Source: an uncultured Methanosarcinales archaeon
Lineage (GTDB): Archaea > Nanobdellota > Nanobdellia > Woesearchaeales > GW2011-AR4
Length of the DNA stretch: 64,000 bases
Direction of reading: 5' to 3'
Assembly (NCBI GenBank): GCA_964585935.1
Contig: CAZPFO010000002.1
Location: 7,465 to 71,464 of the forward strand
Shown here in pieces: positions 1 through 9,455 of this stretch; within the stretch, counting starts at the first letter, position 1, and each line of letters opens with the position of its first letter. The notes under the pieces are model-generated. The model saw nothing but the letters and a program-made list of their open reading frames with translations, ran no database searches and was not told the DNA's origin. A program made the translations under genes and the position numbers.

Positions 1-486
1 AATTTCGTAAAGGCCCTTATCATCATCTAAATGACCATCCTTTTTAATCCTGCTTTCATCATACAATTGAGGGTTTCTTTTGACTATCATTGGTTCTGCA
101 TACTGATTCTTGTTTTTTGGTTTTATTAACATATCATTAAAAAATAAAAATTTTCTTTTGAAAATTCCTGCTTCCATCAGGCAAATCTCAAGGGCATTCA
201 ACCCCTCGAATATCTCAGGGGGCGTTTCTCTTGAATTTTCAATACCTCCAAACATAGTTGTAAGAAGGAGATTATCATCTTTTAGATCTTCTTCCTTTTG
301 CCAATTTTGTTTTAAGTGCCTGTTATATTGCGGTAAATGTTCGAGAAGATAAGGAATCTCTATTCCAAAATTCTTTTTATGGTAGATTACAACTTTATCT
401 AAACTAGCAGATTTACTATCTTGAGTATTTGCTTGTTCAGTAAATAGACCTAACTGCTTATTAGAGATTTTTTTAGATTTTCTCAT
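1..486 (-). CDS. hypothetical protein, N-terminal part; ORF continues past the window start
   Basis: Hand translation of the reverse complement gives an uninterrupted frame from ATG at 486 to position 1 (MRKSKKISNKQLGLFTEQ...). The six-frame track omits it because there is no stop inside the window. I do not recognise the family. Confidence 0.45.
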   Translation of the reverse strand, partial: MRKSKKISNKQLGLFTEQANTQDSKSASLDKVVIYHKKNFGIEIPYLLEHLPQYNRHLKQNWQKEEDLKDDNLLLTTMFGGIENSRETPPEIFEGLNALEICLMEAGIFKRKFLFFNDMLIKPKNKNQYAEPMIVKRNPQLYDESRIKKDGHLDDDKGLYEI

Positions 487-553
487 GAAAAGGAAGATAG
501 AATTGTTTCTTTTTAAATCTTTCTATTTTTAACCATCGAAAAGTAACAACAAA

Positions 554-934
554 TTAAGAAATCAAAACTGCATTTACAGTCCCGTCCTGGCCTGGCCTTG
601 AAGTGATCTTAGCTTTGCCTTTTTCAGTGTCAACAATACAGCCTTTTGTTATTATGTTACGCCTTACAAAGTGCCTGTTAGCAGGATTCTCCAGTATTGT
701 CTTTATCTTCACCTGCTCGTGTTTTTTTGTTTGAGGATTAAGCAGATTCGCTGTCTCTGCGCTTAAAAGCCTTATCTTGCTGTTGCCGCCCATGGTTCTT
801 ATTTTTGTGGATTTCTTCTTGTCCACTTTTGTTAGGGATGGCAGCCCGCCTAATTCGTGCTTTTTCTTCTTCCTGTAGTCTTTATACAAAGCACCTGTCT
901 GTTTTCTCCTTGACCTTGCCTGTGAAATTGCCAT
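554..934 (-). CDS. rps8e: 30S ribosomal protein S8e
   Basis: N-terminus MAISQARSRRKQTGALYKDYRKKKK and a basic, lysine-rich 126 aa protein are typical of S8e. Confidence 0.85.
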   Translation of the reverse strand: MAISQARSRRKQTGALYKDYRKKKKHELGGLPSLTKVDKKKSTKIRTMGGNSKIRLLSAETANLLNPQTKKHEQVKIKTILENPANRHFVRRNIITKGCIVDTEKGKAKITSRPGQDGTVNAVLIS

Positions 935-1063
935 ATTGAGTGAGAACTATGGGGGATTTATATAGGTTTCTAATTTTTTGGGTTTTCAATAATAATTTTA
1001 GCAACATTTATATATAGGATGGTTATCCTTCAATATGTTTAAATTTTTTTGAGGGGTGCTAAA

Positions 1064-1288
1064 ATGGAAACTTCTAGACCGTTAGATGCCTTGAACAAAG
1101 CAAGAGGCAAAAGAGTAATAGTTGACTTAAAAAACGACAGGCAGTACATAGGCAAGTTGAATGCATTTGACATCCACATCAATGTTGTGCTGGATGATGC
1201 AGAAGAAAGGGAGAATGGAGAAATAAAGAAAAAACTTGGCACTGTCTTTATAAGAGGAGACACAATAACAGTAATCTCACCCGAGTAA
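1064..1288 (+). CDS. Sm-like archaeal protein (SmAP/LSm)
   Basis: Sm1/Sm2 motifs ([33 protein letters not shown] ... [10 protein letters not shown]). A GAGGGGTG Shine-Dalgarno-like motif precedes ATG at 1064. The classic archaeal Sm-L37e gene pair follows. Confidence 0.85.
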   Translation: METSRPLDALNKARGKRVIVDLKNDRQYIGKLNAFDIHINVVLDDAEERENGEIKKKLGTVFIRGDTITVISPE

Positions 1289-1298
1289 GAATTCTAAA

Positions 1299-1463
1299 AT
1301 GTCAAAAGGAACTGCATCAATGGGCAAGAAGTCTGGAAAGTTGAATATGACACATTGCAGAAGGTGCGGTAAAAGGACATACCATATGAGGAAAAAGAAG
1401 TGCAGCTCATGCGGTTATGGCAAAAGCTCCAGATTAAGAAGCTATAAGTGGCAGAAGAAGTAG
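1299..1463 (+). CDS. rpl37e: 50S ribosomal protein L37e (zinc ribbon)
   Basis: 54 aa ORF below the track cutoff: [55 protein letters not shown]4 zinc ribbon with the conserved RRCG..SCGY pattern, immediately downstream of the Sm gene. Confidence 0.85.
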   Translation: MSKGTASMGKKSGKLNMTHCRRCGKRTYHMRKKKCSSCGYGKSSRLRSYKWQKK

Positions 1464-1678
1464 AGTAATATTTTATATCTTTTAAACATTATTTTCTTGT
1501 GAGTTCTTCATATACATCAGAATTCAATATTATCCATTCACTATATAGGTATATTAACAAGAAGTATGAGAAAGAATTTTTTTAGGACCAGGATAAGTAG
1601 GAAAGAAATTATAGCTAAAAATACAAAAAAATTATATACTTATTAGTATTACATAGTGGTTATAGTTAAGTTGGGGGT

Positions 1679-2029
1679 TTGGATATGGTAGAACATAAAT
1701 TGATATGTGCTTTTGCTGAAACTACAATTTCCCATGAGAAACAATTTGAACTGATTGATTTATTAGTCAATAATACTTCTACGCCTAAAGAATTACACAT
1801 GGTTATTATAGAGGCAATAGTTATGGGAAATTTTCTAGGAGCATCACATAAGGAACGTATAGATGTTTATCCTACAGAAAGTGCGCCTCATGTAAGTATA
1901 AAAACAAATGGCGGATATCATAAAGACTATGCAGTTCTTGAAACAAAACATTATGATTTTTATATCTACAGGAATCCTAAGAAGGGATTATCAATAGAAT
2001 TCTATTATTACAAAAAAATAAACAGTTAA
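1679..2029 (+). CDS. hypothetical protein
   Basis: 116 aa ORF with no recognisable motif. Confidence 0.35.
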   Translation: MDMVEHKLICAFAETTISHEKQFELIDLLVNNTSTPKELHMVIIEAIVMGNFLGASHKERIDVYPTESAPHVSIKTNGGYHKDYAVLETKHYDFYIYRNPKKGLSIEFYYYKKINS

Positions 2030-2063
2030 ATTTTTAAACATCTGCTTATACTCTGAATAATAC

Positions 2064-2206
2064 GCGGGGATGCCGGAGTGGTCAAATTGCTTTAAGCAAG
2101 ACCAGACGGGACAGGCTTAGGCATTTTATGGTGTTCTTTGTGCGATGAAATGAAGACACCTGTTAGCTTAGTGCTTACGTGGGTTCGAATCCTACTCCCC
2201 GCACCA
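2064..2206 (+). tRNA. tRNA-Leu(UAG) with two introns (D-loop and canonical 37/38); CCA encoded
   Basis: Acceptor GCGGGGA / TCCCCGC with discriminator A and CCA. D-stem CCG/CGG, with about 18-20 extra nt (TTGCTTTAAGCAAGACCA hairpin) after GGTCAAA in the D-loop. Anticodon stem ACAGG/CCTGT; loop CUUAGG, then a 36 nt insert, then A. Class-II variable arm AGCTTAGTGCT. T-arm GTGGGTTCGAATCCTAC. Total 143 nt. Confidence 0.6.
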
Positions 2207-2272
2207 TTTTTACTTCTATTCAGTACGGGTATTTTAGAAAACAATAAAAACAGCACCTGATTTCTTAACAAT

Positions 2273-2788
2273 ATGTCAAAGAGATTAGACTTTTATGTGG
2301 GTAGGGACTTTACTGGAGACCCGCAAATTATTAAATCAGTTAAGCCCGGGGAAGTTAATGAGATAAAAAATGGAATACAAACACTTATTTTAAGATATCC
2401 TGAAGGGGTAGATAAGATTCATGCCGGAATAAATGGGATGATCCATTATTGTGGTGCTGTTCGTCGAGAGGCACAAGTTCTTTTTTATGGAACTCCCTTC
2501 GGAAAATTTAATTTCGATAGAAATTATATAGATACATCATGTACATTAACTCCAGAAGCCGAACCTGATAGATTTGGGGGAACAGAAAGTTCAAATTATA
2601 GAGAACTTTCTGAGATTTTAGAAAATGCAAATATCATAGTATTCATTACACAAATTGGCCAAAATCCTGAAATATTTACTCAATTATTCAGTCAAATTAC
2701 AGATTATATTGCAAAATTTAAAACTGCTGTTGATTTAAAGTATGATCGAAGACAAAATATAGTATCTCTACCAATTACTGAACATTGA
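2273..2788 (+). CDS. hypothetical protein
   Basis: 171 aa ORF; no family recognised. Confidence 0.4.
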   Translation: MSKRLDFYVGRDFTGDPQIIKSVKPGEVNEIKNGIQTLILRYPEGVDKIHAGINGMIHYCGAVRREAQVLFYGTPFGKFNFDRNYIDTSCTLTPEAEPDRFGGTESSNYRELSEILENANIIVFITQIGQNPEIFTQLFSQITDYIAKFKTAVDLKYDRRQNIVSLPITEH

Positions 2789-2907
2789 TAGGTTAATCCT
2801 TTGAAATCACATAAAGGCCTAATTCTTACTTATCCTTCTTATTTTTATTTCTGCTCAGTAGAAAATACAACAAAACTTTTATAAAGTTCTGACTATTCCT
2901 TTTTTAT

Positions 2908-3399
2908 ATGGAACCTTCTTATAAAAACCCACCCAGAAACCTTCCTTATATTCTGATTCATGATACAGTTGCTAATGTTAATAATTTTAATATAGCTAAA
3001 GTTTCAACTGCTTTATTTGAAGGTATTGATATTCATGCTTTAGATATAAACAGAACTGTCAATCTTTTAAGCTCAGAAAGACCCATCACAACAATATTTG
3101 GGGTCAGAGTTCCTGATGTTTATGTGGTAGGGCAGAGCTGGAGCAAAACTACATATAAGCCAGAATCTGCCATAGAAGATATCGGATGGATAAAAGAAAA
3201 CCATCCAAAAACTAAGATTATTGCATGGCAGAGGGAAAAAGATTTATTCTTGAAATCAGGTGCAGACAAATTTGTAGAATATAATCTTACTGGAGATGAA
3301 GATGCTTTAATCGAGGCAATTAGAGGATGTATTAAGGATACTAGCTTTGGAGATGAAGGTACTTTAATCGAGGTAATTGGAAAATATGCTAGGCTATAA
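2908..3399 (+). CDS. hypothetical protein
   Basis: 163 aa ORF; no family recognised. Confidence 0.4.
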   Translation: MEPSYKNPPRNLPYILIHDTVANVNNFNIAKVSTALFEGIDIHALDINRTVNLLSSERPITTIFGVRVPDVYVVGQSWSKTTYKPESAIEDIGWIKENHPKTKIIAWQREKDLFLKSGADKFVEYNLTGDEDALIEAIRGCIKDTSFGDEGTLIEVIGKYARL

Positions 3400-3574
3400 G
3401 AGAATTAGCTAAATACAATATCAAATATTGTTTAAAATGAATACTCAATTTATACCTTACCTTATTGGTCTTTTGTTATTGCTTCTTCTTTTATTGCTGT
3501 TTGTTATGAAATATATTTTTAATTTCTTCTGATAAAGTAAAGTTTTTAAATATGGAACATATAATTCTAATAAA

Positions 3575-3931
3575 ATGATAGAATGGGTTGTTTTGATAAT
3601 ACTTATTGTTTTTATAGCTTATCTTCTATTTACTTTAACAACTTACATAGCTCTTGGCGTGAATATTGTTTTGCTGATAGTTCTTGCTATACTGCTCAAG
3701 GGAGACTTAAGGAGAAAGGAAATGACCAGGCATTACCTGATTGCCTTGTTATTGACAGCAATAGTCTTTATTTTCAGCCAATATGGCATCTTTTACACTT
3801 TGCTCAGGATTATGTCAAACAATCTTCTATTGTCTGTTGTTACAGAAGCATTTTTAATGCTTTATGTTTTTGCAAACCTTAGTTTTCTTATTACTAATTC
3901 TGCCAAAGATATTCGCAAAAAGTATAAGTAA
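3575..3931 (+). CDS. hypothetical membrane protein
   Basis: Several hydrophobic helices. An overlapping alternative frame (3583..3882) makes the correct frame uncertain. Confidence 0.3.
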   Translation: MIEWVVLIILIVFIAYLLFTLTTYIALGVNIVLLIVLAILLKGDLRRKEMTRHYLIALLLTAIVFIFSQYGIFYTLLRIMSNNLLLSVVTEAFLMLYVFANLSFLITNSAKDIRKKYK

Positions 3932-4085
3932 TTTTAGCCGGATTTCCAGTCGAAAGCTTTACAAAAAATATATTAGTATACCTTTTTCCTCGACAAAAAC
4001 ACAAAGCTTTTTATACCACCATTCCCATAAGAAAGTTACGTGGGGGTGGATATTTAACCACCATTTTTCTTTATTTTTATTGCAA

Positions 4086-4253
4086 ATGAAACTTAAAATA
4101 CTGGGTTTGGCGTTAGTTGCGGTTATAGTCTCAAACTTAATATTGTATATATTGAAAATAATAAACGGGATAGTATTCTGGAGTGTTCTTATTATTGTTG
4201 CAATAATAGCCTATAAGGTTTTGCCTTACCTTAAAAAGAAAAAAGAAAAATAG
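4086..4253 (+). CDS. small hypothetical membrane protein
   Basis: MKLKILGLALVAVIVSNLILY... has two predicted TM helices and a lysine-rich C-terminus. Confidence 0.25.
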   Translation: MKLKILGLALVAVIVSNLILYILKIINGIVFWSVLIIVAIIAYKVLPYLKKKKEK

Positions 4254-4260
4254 AGGAAAA

Positions 4261-4407
4261 TTAAGCTTTTCCCAGTATTCTGAAGACTTTTGTGCCGCAT
4301 TTACCGCAAACACCCTTCATTGCCTTCATTCCGTTCTTCATAACTACCTCTTTTCCGTCTTTTATTTCAACCTGTTTTTTGCATTTCATACATCTTCCTT
4401 CTACCAT
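4261..4407 (-). CDS. small zinc-ribbon protein (CxxC...CxxC)
   Basis: 48 aa ORF below the track cutoff: MVEGRCMKCKKQVEIKDGKEVVMKNGMKAMKGVCGKCGTKVFRILGKA. Two CxxC pairs. It resembles a widespread small archaeal zinc-ribbon family. Confidence 0.5.
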   Translation of the reverse strand: MVEGRCMKCKKQVEIKDGKEVVMKNGMKAMKGVCGKCGTKVFRILGKA

Positions 4408-4588
4408 TGAAATTCACCTCGAAGTTTGAATATAAGGGTATTCCACCCTAATTTTAGTATGATTTTACCTATAAAGTATATAAATGTTTGGGTAGAGCCG
4501 GGTTTTATCGATTATTTTTGTTTAATTGTTAAGTTATGGTATTCTTAGAAAACAACCATTAAGTTGGTTTTTATTTAAAACTTGACTA

Positions 4589-5248
4589 TTAAATAATCTT
4601 CAAAATCTCCCTTATATCCTTTATAGTGTAGTCTGCTTTTGCTTTTCCAGCAGGATTGCCGTATTTGGCAAAACAAGTCTTAATTCCTGCTTTTTTTGCC
4701 CCTTCTATGTCCCTTTCAGGCCTGTCCCCCACCATGAGGCATTCTTCCGGCTTGATTTTCAGCTTATTGAGCATTATCTTAAATGGCTGCTTATGGGGCT
4801 TTAGCTTTTTAGAGTCTTCTAAGGCAACAACAACATCAAAGAAGTTGCTAAGCTTCATTGACGCTAACCTTAACCATGCCTTGAGTTTTGGAGCGTCTGT
4901 CAATATTCCCAGTTTTATGCCTTTATCTTTTAACTTTAACAGTACATAATCTGTTCCGGGGTAAGCTTCAAGAAGGCCCGCTCTTACTCTTCTATATGCC
5001 ACTATTCCGCTGGCCAGTATCCTATAGTTGATTTTGCCTTCAACTTCCTTCAGGAATTTCTGGAAGATTTTGTTTTCTTCAAGGGTGTACTTGTTGTAAA
5101 GCTCAAAAAGGATCTTCAATGCCTTTTTTCTTTCTATTTTCAGGCCAGAGCCTATCATTGCGTTTATAGCTGCGTCACAGCTGATCATCTTCATTCTCAT
5201 GAAGTCCACTAAGGTGTTGTCTAAATCGAATATAACTGCTTTTATCAT
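4589..5248 (-). CDS. HAD-superfamily hydrolase (phosphatase)
   Basis: Motif I FDLDNTL at the N-terminus, using ATG at 5248 rather than the upstream TTG. Motif IV GDRPERDIEGAKKAGIKT. Confidence 0.7.
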   Translation of the reverse strand: MIKAVIFDLDNTLVDFMRMKMISCDAAINAMIGSGLKIERKKALKILFELYNKYTLEENKIFQKFLKEVEGKINYRILASGIVAYRRVRAGLLEAYPGTDYVLLKLKDKGIKLGILTDAPKLKAWLRLASMKLSNFFDVVVALEDSKKLKPHKQPFKIMLNKLKIKPEECLMVGDRPERDIEGAKKAGIKTCFAKYGNPAGKAKADYTIKDIREILKII

Positions 5249-5453
5249 AGAAAGGGGTATAGGCTGTTTGTTTATATATTTTTTCAATCAAAAACAAACA
5301 ATTCCTCAATCGTTGTCTTTAATGCTTTTGCAACATCATGAGCTAACTGCAAAGAAAACAATATTGATTTTTTACTTAATGCCTTTTGATCCTTCCTAAA
5401 AAACATCGAAAATTATATATACCCCTTATTGAATAATAGAATAAAAGAGGTAA

Positions 5454-5735
5454 ATGCTGATGGCAACTGTTGCATGGGCGATTTTTTCTGCACTTATGTT
5501 TATTTCATTCATATTGATAATATTGATGCAGTATAAAAAAAAGATTGTTAAGAAGCATAATAAGGATCTGTTCTTTTTGCTGACACTTGTATTATTTCTT
5601 TTTACATTATACAGTATTATGAATCTTATAATTGGTTGGGAGTTCGCAATTTTGATAAAGGAAACGTCCGAGACATTAGCTTATATCATTTTCATAATAT
5701 ATGGAATTAACCTTCTCGAAGGAGGGAAAAAATGA
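5454..5735 (+). CDS. hypothetical membrane protein
   Basis: Hydrophobic 93 aa ORF. Confidence 0.3.
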   Translation: MLMATVAWAIFSALMFISFILIILMQYKKKIVKKHNKDLFFLLTLVLFLFTLYSIMNLIIGWEFAILIKETSETLAYIIFIIYGINLLEGGKK

Positions 5736-6007
5736 TTACTGAAATTACAAACCCCATTCAGATAGTACTTGGTGTAACTGCGCTAATAATCCTGATATTG
5801 AAAATTAACAAAGATAAAACCTGGAATGTCTTAAAAGGTGATTTTCATGCTAAGATGTTTATAGTGCTTTTTTTGATGGTTGCGGCAGAGTCGCTTGAGC
5901 ACTCATCTGAACTAATTAAGGCTGTCATTGAGCCATATGTTTCCCGGGTTTATGTTCTTGCCAGTGGTTTTTTACTGTTTTTGCTATTTTCAGAATACAA
6001 GAAATAG
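5732..6007 (+). CDS. hypothetical membrane protein
   Basis: Hydrophobic 91 aa ORF whose start overlaps the previous ORF by ATGA. Confidence 0.3.
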   Translation: MITEITNPIQIVLGVTALIILILKINKDKTWNVLKGDFHAKMFIVLFLMVAAESLEHSSELIKAVIEPYVSRVYVLASGFLLFLLFSEYKK

Positions 6008-6065
6008 TTTGATCTGATATATCAGCCTGTAAATTCTTCTAAAGGGGAAATGGCCATGATTATCT

Positions 6066-6842
6066 TTACGCCGGACACTCTGCTGTTATCTCTGCCTGCT
6101 CTTTAGAGCTTATCTTTTCACTATTAACAGTGTTATTCAAGAGTATTTCATAATCCTTTGCCCCTGCGGAATTTTTTGCATATGCAAAAATTGACATTTT
6201 TTTCTTCGGCGCTTCTTTTAGTTTTGAATTTGCCCTGATCGGGTCTGTCACTTTTTCATAGAACTCATTCTGGATATCATTCAAAATTGATTTTGATATT
6301 TTTAACCTCTTATCAAAGAAGGTTGGAATAATTTTTATAGTTTTTTTACTGTCAATCTTTGAAATTAAATCAATGGTTTTTTTCAGGCCTTTTTGGCCCA
6401 ATACGTCTGTTGAGACTGGAATGTACACTTCATCAGAATAAAACAATGCATTTTTTGTCATAATTCCGAAATGAGGCGGGCAGTCAAAAATTACATAATC
6501 ATACCCCTTACTCTTTTCCATTTTTATGCTTATAACATTATATTTATTTACCTTGTTTGCAAATTCAGAGTCAATCTCATTTAAAGATTCGCTGCTTGCC
6601 ACCAGATCAAGGCCCTTTCCCATGTGGGTTATGCACTCTGCAAGCTCTGCGCCATTAGCCATAAAATGGTACATATTTTTACTTATATCCTCTGCTTCAA
6701 GGCAATTACTGATGCTTGCCTGAGCATCCATATCCATCAAAAGAACTTTCTTTCCTTTCCTTGCAAGGCCTGCTGCAAGGTTAACTGATGTTGTTGTTTT
6801 TCCTACACCGCCTTTTATATTGAATATACATATTTTTCTCAT
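6066..6842 (-). CDS. ParA/MinD-family P-loop ATPase
   Basis: Deviant Walker A KGGVGKTT in MRKICIFNIKGGVGKTTTSVNLAAGLA. Confidence 0.8.
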   Translation of the reverse strand: MRKICIFNIKGGVGKTTTSVNLAAGLARKGKKVLLMDMDAQASISNCLEAEDISKNMYHFMANGAELAECITHMGKGLDLVASSESLNEIDSEFANKVNKYNVISIKMEKSKGYDYVIFDCPPHFGIMTKNALFYSDEVYIPVSTDVLGQKGLKKTIDLISKIDSKKTIKIIPTFFDKRLKISKSILNDIQNEFYEKVTDPIRANSKLKEAPKKKMSIFAYAKNSAGAKDYEILLNNTVNSEKISSKEQAEITAECPA

Positions 6843-6959
6843 ATTTTACACCCCTTACAGTTTTATTAATGTAGTGAAATGTATACTGGTATATAAATGT
6901 TACTGTTTTGGAATTTCATAACCGAAGCATTTATATATTATTACGTATTTTTACGTAAT

Positions 6960-7760
6960 ATGGAAGAATTAATAAGCAAAATAAGCAAAGGAAGCAGGAT
7001 GGACCAGATTTACATTCCAAAGAAAAGGTCAGATTTTCCTATAGGCAGCTATGTGCTTGTAAAGCAGCTGGAAACAGAACCAAAAAAAGAGTTTAAGCCT
7101 TTCTTCTATAACATCAGATATTTAGAGCCTATAAAGGTAGGGATAATAAAAGAGATTTTTAAGAGTACAGCTAATGCAGACAATATTATCATAACAGGGT
7201 CTTTTTTGGACAAAGGATTTAAATTTAATGATATAGACATCATAATGGTCACTGAAAAAAAACAGGATATAGCGCATATAAAGGAAGCGTTAGAGAGGAA
7301 GACTGGCGCAAGAATACACTTCATTAAAATAACTTCCAAGGCATTGGTCAAGGGATTTTCTATAGATCCATTATACAGGGTTATGCTAAACAGGTGTGTA
7401 TCGAAAAGAAGGGTTATATGCAAGCCAAAAAATGAAATAGATTATAAATTGCTTGATTTGCACCTTTTAAAAAGCAAAACATTGATTGATAATTATGATG
7501 TATTAACGGGGGATCAAAAATATGAGATGGTCAGGAACCTGATAGCAATAAATCGGTTTATCAATAAAAAAGAGGTGTCCAAGACAGGCATTGATTCTGC
7601 TATTGATAATGCCTTTGGGCATGATGCAGTAGAAAGATTAAAGAGCAATACATTATCAAAAGGGGGTTTTCTAGAGAAATATAAAAAAATTTATAATATT
7701 GCCAGAAATAATATTTTAGAAGGCATAAAAAATGAGTCAAAACAGAAACAAGTTAATTGA
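6960..7760 (+). CDS. nucleotidyltransferase-domain protein (Pol-beta superfamily)
   Basis: GS..(h)D(h)D(h) signature in ITGSFLDKGFKFNDIDIIMV. N- and C-terminal extensions have unknown function. Confidence 0.5.
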   Translation: MEELISKISKGSRMDQIYIPKKRSDFPIGSYVLVKQLETEPKKEFKPFFYNIRYLEPIKVGIIKEIFKSTANADNIIITGSFLDKGFKFNDIDIIMVTEKKQDIAHIKEALERKTGARIHFIKITSKALVKGFSIDPLYRVMLNRCVSKRRVICKPKNEIDYKLLDLHLLKSKTLIDNYDVLTGDQKYEMVRNLIAINRFINKKEVSKTGIDSAIDNAFGHDAVERLKSNTLSKGGFLEKYKKIYNIARNNILEGIKNESKQKQVN

Positions 7761-8070
7761 ATTATTTATAGGCAATATGTCAAATTCAGCAGTTCATGAG
7801 ATACTTGAAAAAGCAATCAAAGAAGAAAATATCAGGAATCATTACAATAAAGAATTATCAATTAGCCTTGATATTGCAAAGAAGTACAGGAAAAAAATTA
7901 ATCCGGTGAATACGCCTCTTCCTGATAAAGATATTTGCTATATAAAGCAAAAGATAATCAGAAATGTTATGGCTGAACTAAAACTAAGGGTGTCTAAAGG
8001 TTATCAAAACATTGATCTTGGATTAATAGATTCCACTGTTGATAAGCTATTGAGAAAGACCGGTATATGA
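7732..8070 (+). CDS. hypothetical protein
   Basis: 112 aa ORF overlapping the upstream gene end. No clear HEPN R-x4-6-H motif. Confidence 0.3.
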   Translation: MSQNRNKLIELFIGNMSNSAVHEILEKAIKEENIRNHYNKELSISLDIAKKYRKKINPVNTPLPDKDICYIKQKIIRNVMAELKLRVSKGYQNIDLGLIDSTVDKLLRKTGI

Positions 8071-8137
8071 TCAATGGGGATTGAATTCTATTCAAAAATA
8101 GGTTAACTTTATATTAAATCGATAATAATTATTTTCT

Positions 8138-8815
8138 ATGCACCGCGTACAAAAATTATTAAGCAATTTCGGCTATTGCTCAAGGAGAAAAGCAGAAGAG
8201 TTGATAAAGGAAGGAAGGGTTAAAGTAAATGGCGAGGTTATTTCTATCGGGGACAAGGCAGAAGAAAGTGACAAGATTTCAGTTGACGGTAAATTAATCC
8301 AGAGGCAGAATAAAGTATATTTAATGTTTAACAAGCCTGTTGGCTGTGTTACTGCCCTTTCTGATGCAAGATACAAGACTGTTATGGATTATATTGATGT
8401 CAAGGAAAGGGTTTTTCCGATTGGAAGGCTTGATTATAATACTTCTGGCTTATTGCTGCTTACAAATGACGGTGACTTTGCAAATAAAGTCATGCACCCC
8501 AGATACGAAATAAAAAAGACTTACCTGGTTAAACTGAGCAAGGATATATCTGCTAACCAGATCAAGATTATTGAGAAAGGGGTAAAGCTTGATGATGGAA
8601 AAACATCTCCTGCAAAAGTAAGAAAACTTGGCGGGAATGTCCTTGAAATAATAATCCATGAAGGGCGGAATCGGATAATCAGAAGAGTCTTTGAAGAGCT
8701 GGATATCGGTGTTGTTTTTCTGGAAAGAATAAGGATAGGAAATTTAGAACTTGGAAATTTAAAAAAAGGGGAGTATAAGGTGTTAGGGAAAAATATTGAC
8801 AAGGTGTTTAATTAG
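8138..8815 (+). CDS. RsuA/RluB-family pseudouridine synthase with S4 domain
   Basis: N-terminal S4-like segment (VQKLLSNFGYCSRRKAEELIKEGRVKVNG). Catalytic region PIGRLDYNTSGLLLLTNDG with the conserved Asp. Confidence 0.75.
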   Translation: MHRVQKLLSNFGYCSRRKAEELIKEGRVKVNGEVISIGDKAEESDKISVDGKLIQRQNKVYLMFNKPVGCVTALSDARYKTVMDYIDVKERVFPIGRLDYNTSGLLLLTNDGDFANKVMHPRYEIKKTYLVKLSKDISANQIKIIEKGVKLDDGKTSPAKVRKLGGNVLEIIIHEGRNRIIRRVFEELDIGVVFLERIRIGNLELGNLKKGEYKVLGKNIDKVFN

Positions 8816-9455
8816 AAGCTCTTTTTTTAAAAAATCTTTTGGTCCCCAAAACCGCTGCACCACTTATAAAGAGTATTGCACTTAGTGGTTCAGGGACAAT
8901 TGGTGGTTCGGGTTCTTGACAGCCTGTACATTTGTCTACAGGGGGAGAATATTCTTCTATTTGTCTTGAAGGCCCATGCCAATAACCAGGGAAGCCAGAA
9001 CCTATAAAATGGTGAACATACCTAACTCGGTTTTTACCAGACCACTTCGTAGCACCTTGATAAATGGCAGTTTGTGGTGTACTTTCTTTTGTTTCTTCCT
9101 TATCAGCTTTCTTAGTAATCATTTCTTTAGGTTTATAAGGTATTGGTGGCTGCTCTACATCATGTTCAAGCCCTTTAGTCGGTTCTTGCTCATCCTCCCT
9201 AAAAACAGCCTTATTTGAGATTTCTTCAGCTTTTTTTTCCAAAGGACTTGTGGGGACTTGCTTTGGTTTTTCTTTCTTGTCCTTTTTATACGGCAAACTG
9301 ATACTGGATTTGGCATAATGATCTAATCTGATATAATCATTTTTTGAAGTTGGGTATGCTATTAGAGTTATGAAAAGAAAAGCAGAAGTAGCAACAATAA
9401 GTTTCCCATAGTTTGAGGTTGGTTTATAAATCATATCAGATATTGACATATGCAT
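8808..9455 (-). CDS. surface protein with N-terminal signal/anchor and C-terminal PEP-CTERM-like sorting tail
   Basis: N-terminal hydrophobic segment, K/E/P-rich low-complexity body, and C-terminus ...EPEPPIVPEPLSAILFISGAAVLGTKRFFKKRASN (VPEP, then a TM helix, then a basic tail). Confidence 0.5.
   Translation of the reverse strand: MHMSISDMIYKPTSNYGKLIVATSAFLFITLIAYPTSKNDYIRLDHYAKSSISLPYKKDKKEKPKQVPTSPLEKKAEEISNKAVFREDEQEPTKGLEHDVEQPPIPYKPKEMITKKADKEETKESTPQTAIYQGATKWSGKNRVRYVHHFIGSGFPGYWHGPSRQIEEYSPPVDKCTGCQEPEPPIVPEPLSAILFISGAAVLGTKRFFKKRASN

Noticed and set aside
110-352. 80 aa plus-strand ORF at the window start
   Set aside because: It lies antisense to a longer uninterrupted minus-strand frame (1..486) that has a proper ATG and a plausible protein-like composition. 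The plus ORF is low-complexity.
3583-3882. Alternative frame for the membrane ORF at 3575-3931
   Set aside because: Both frames are open. The more hydrophobic, longer frame is kept, but neither can be proven from sequence alone.
7732-8070. HEPN partner for the upstream nucleotidyltransferase
   Set aside because: The Rx4-6H motif is absent. The only candidate is IRNHYNK (R-x-H), so the HEPN call is unsupported.
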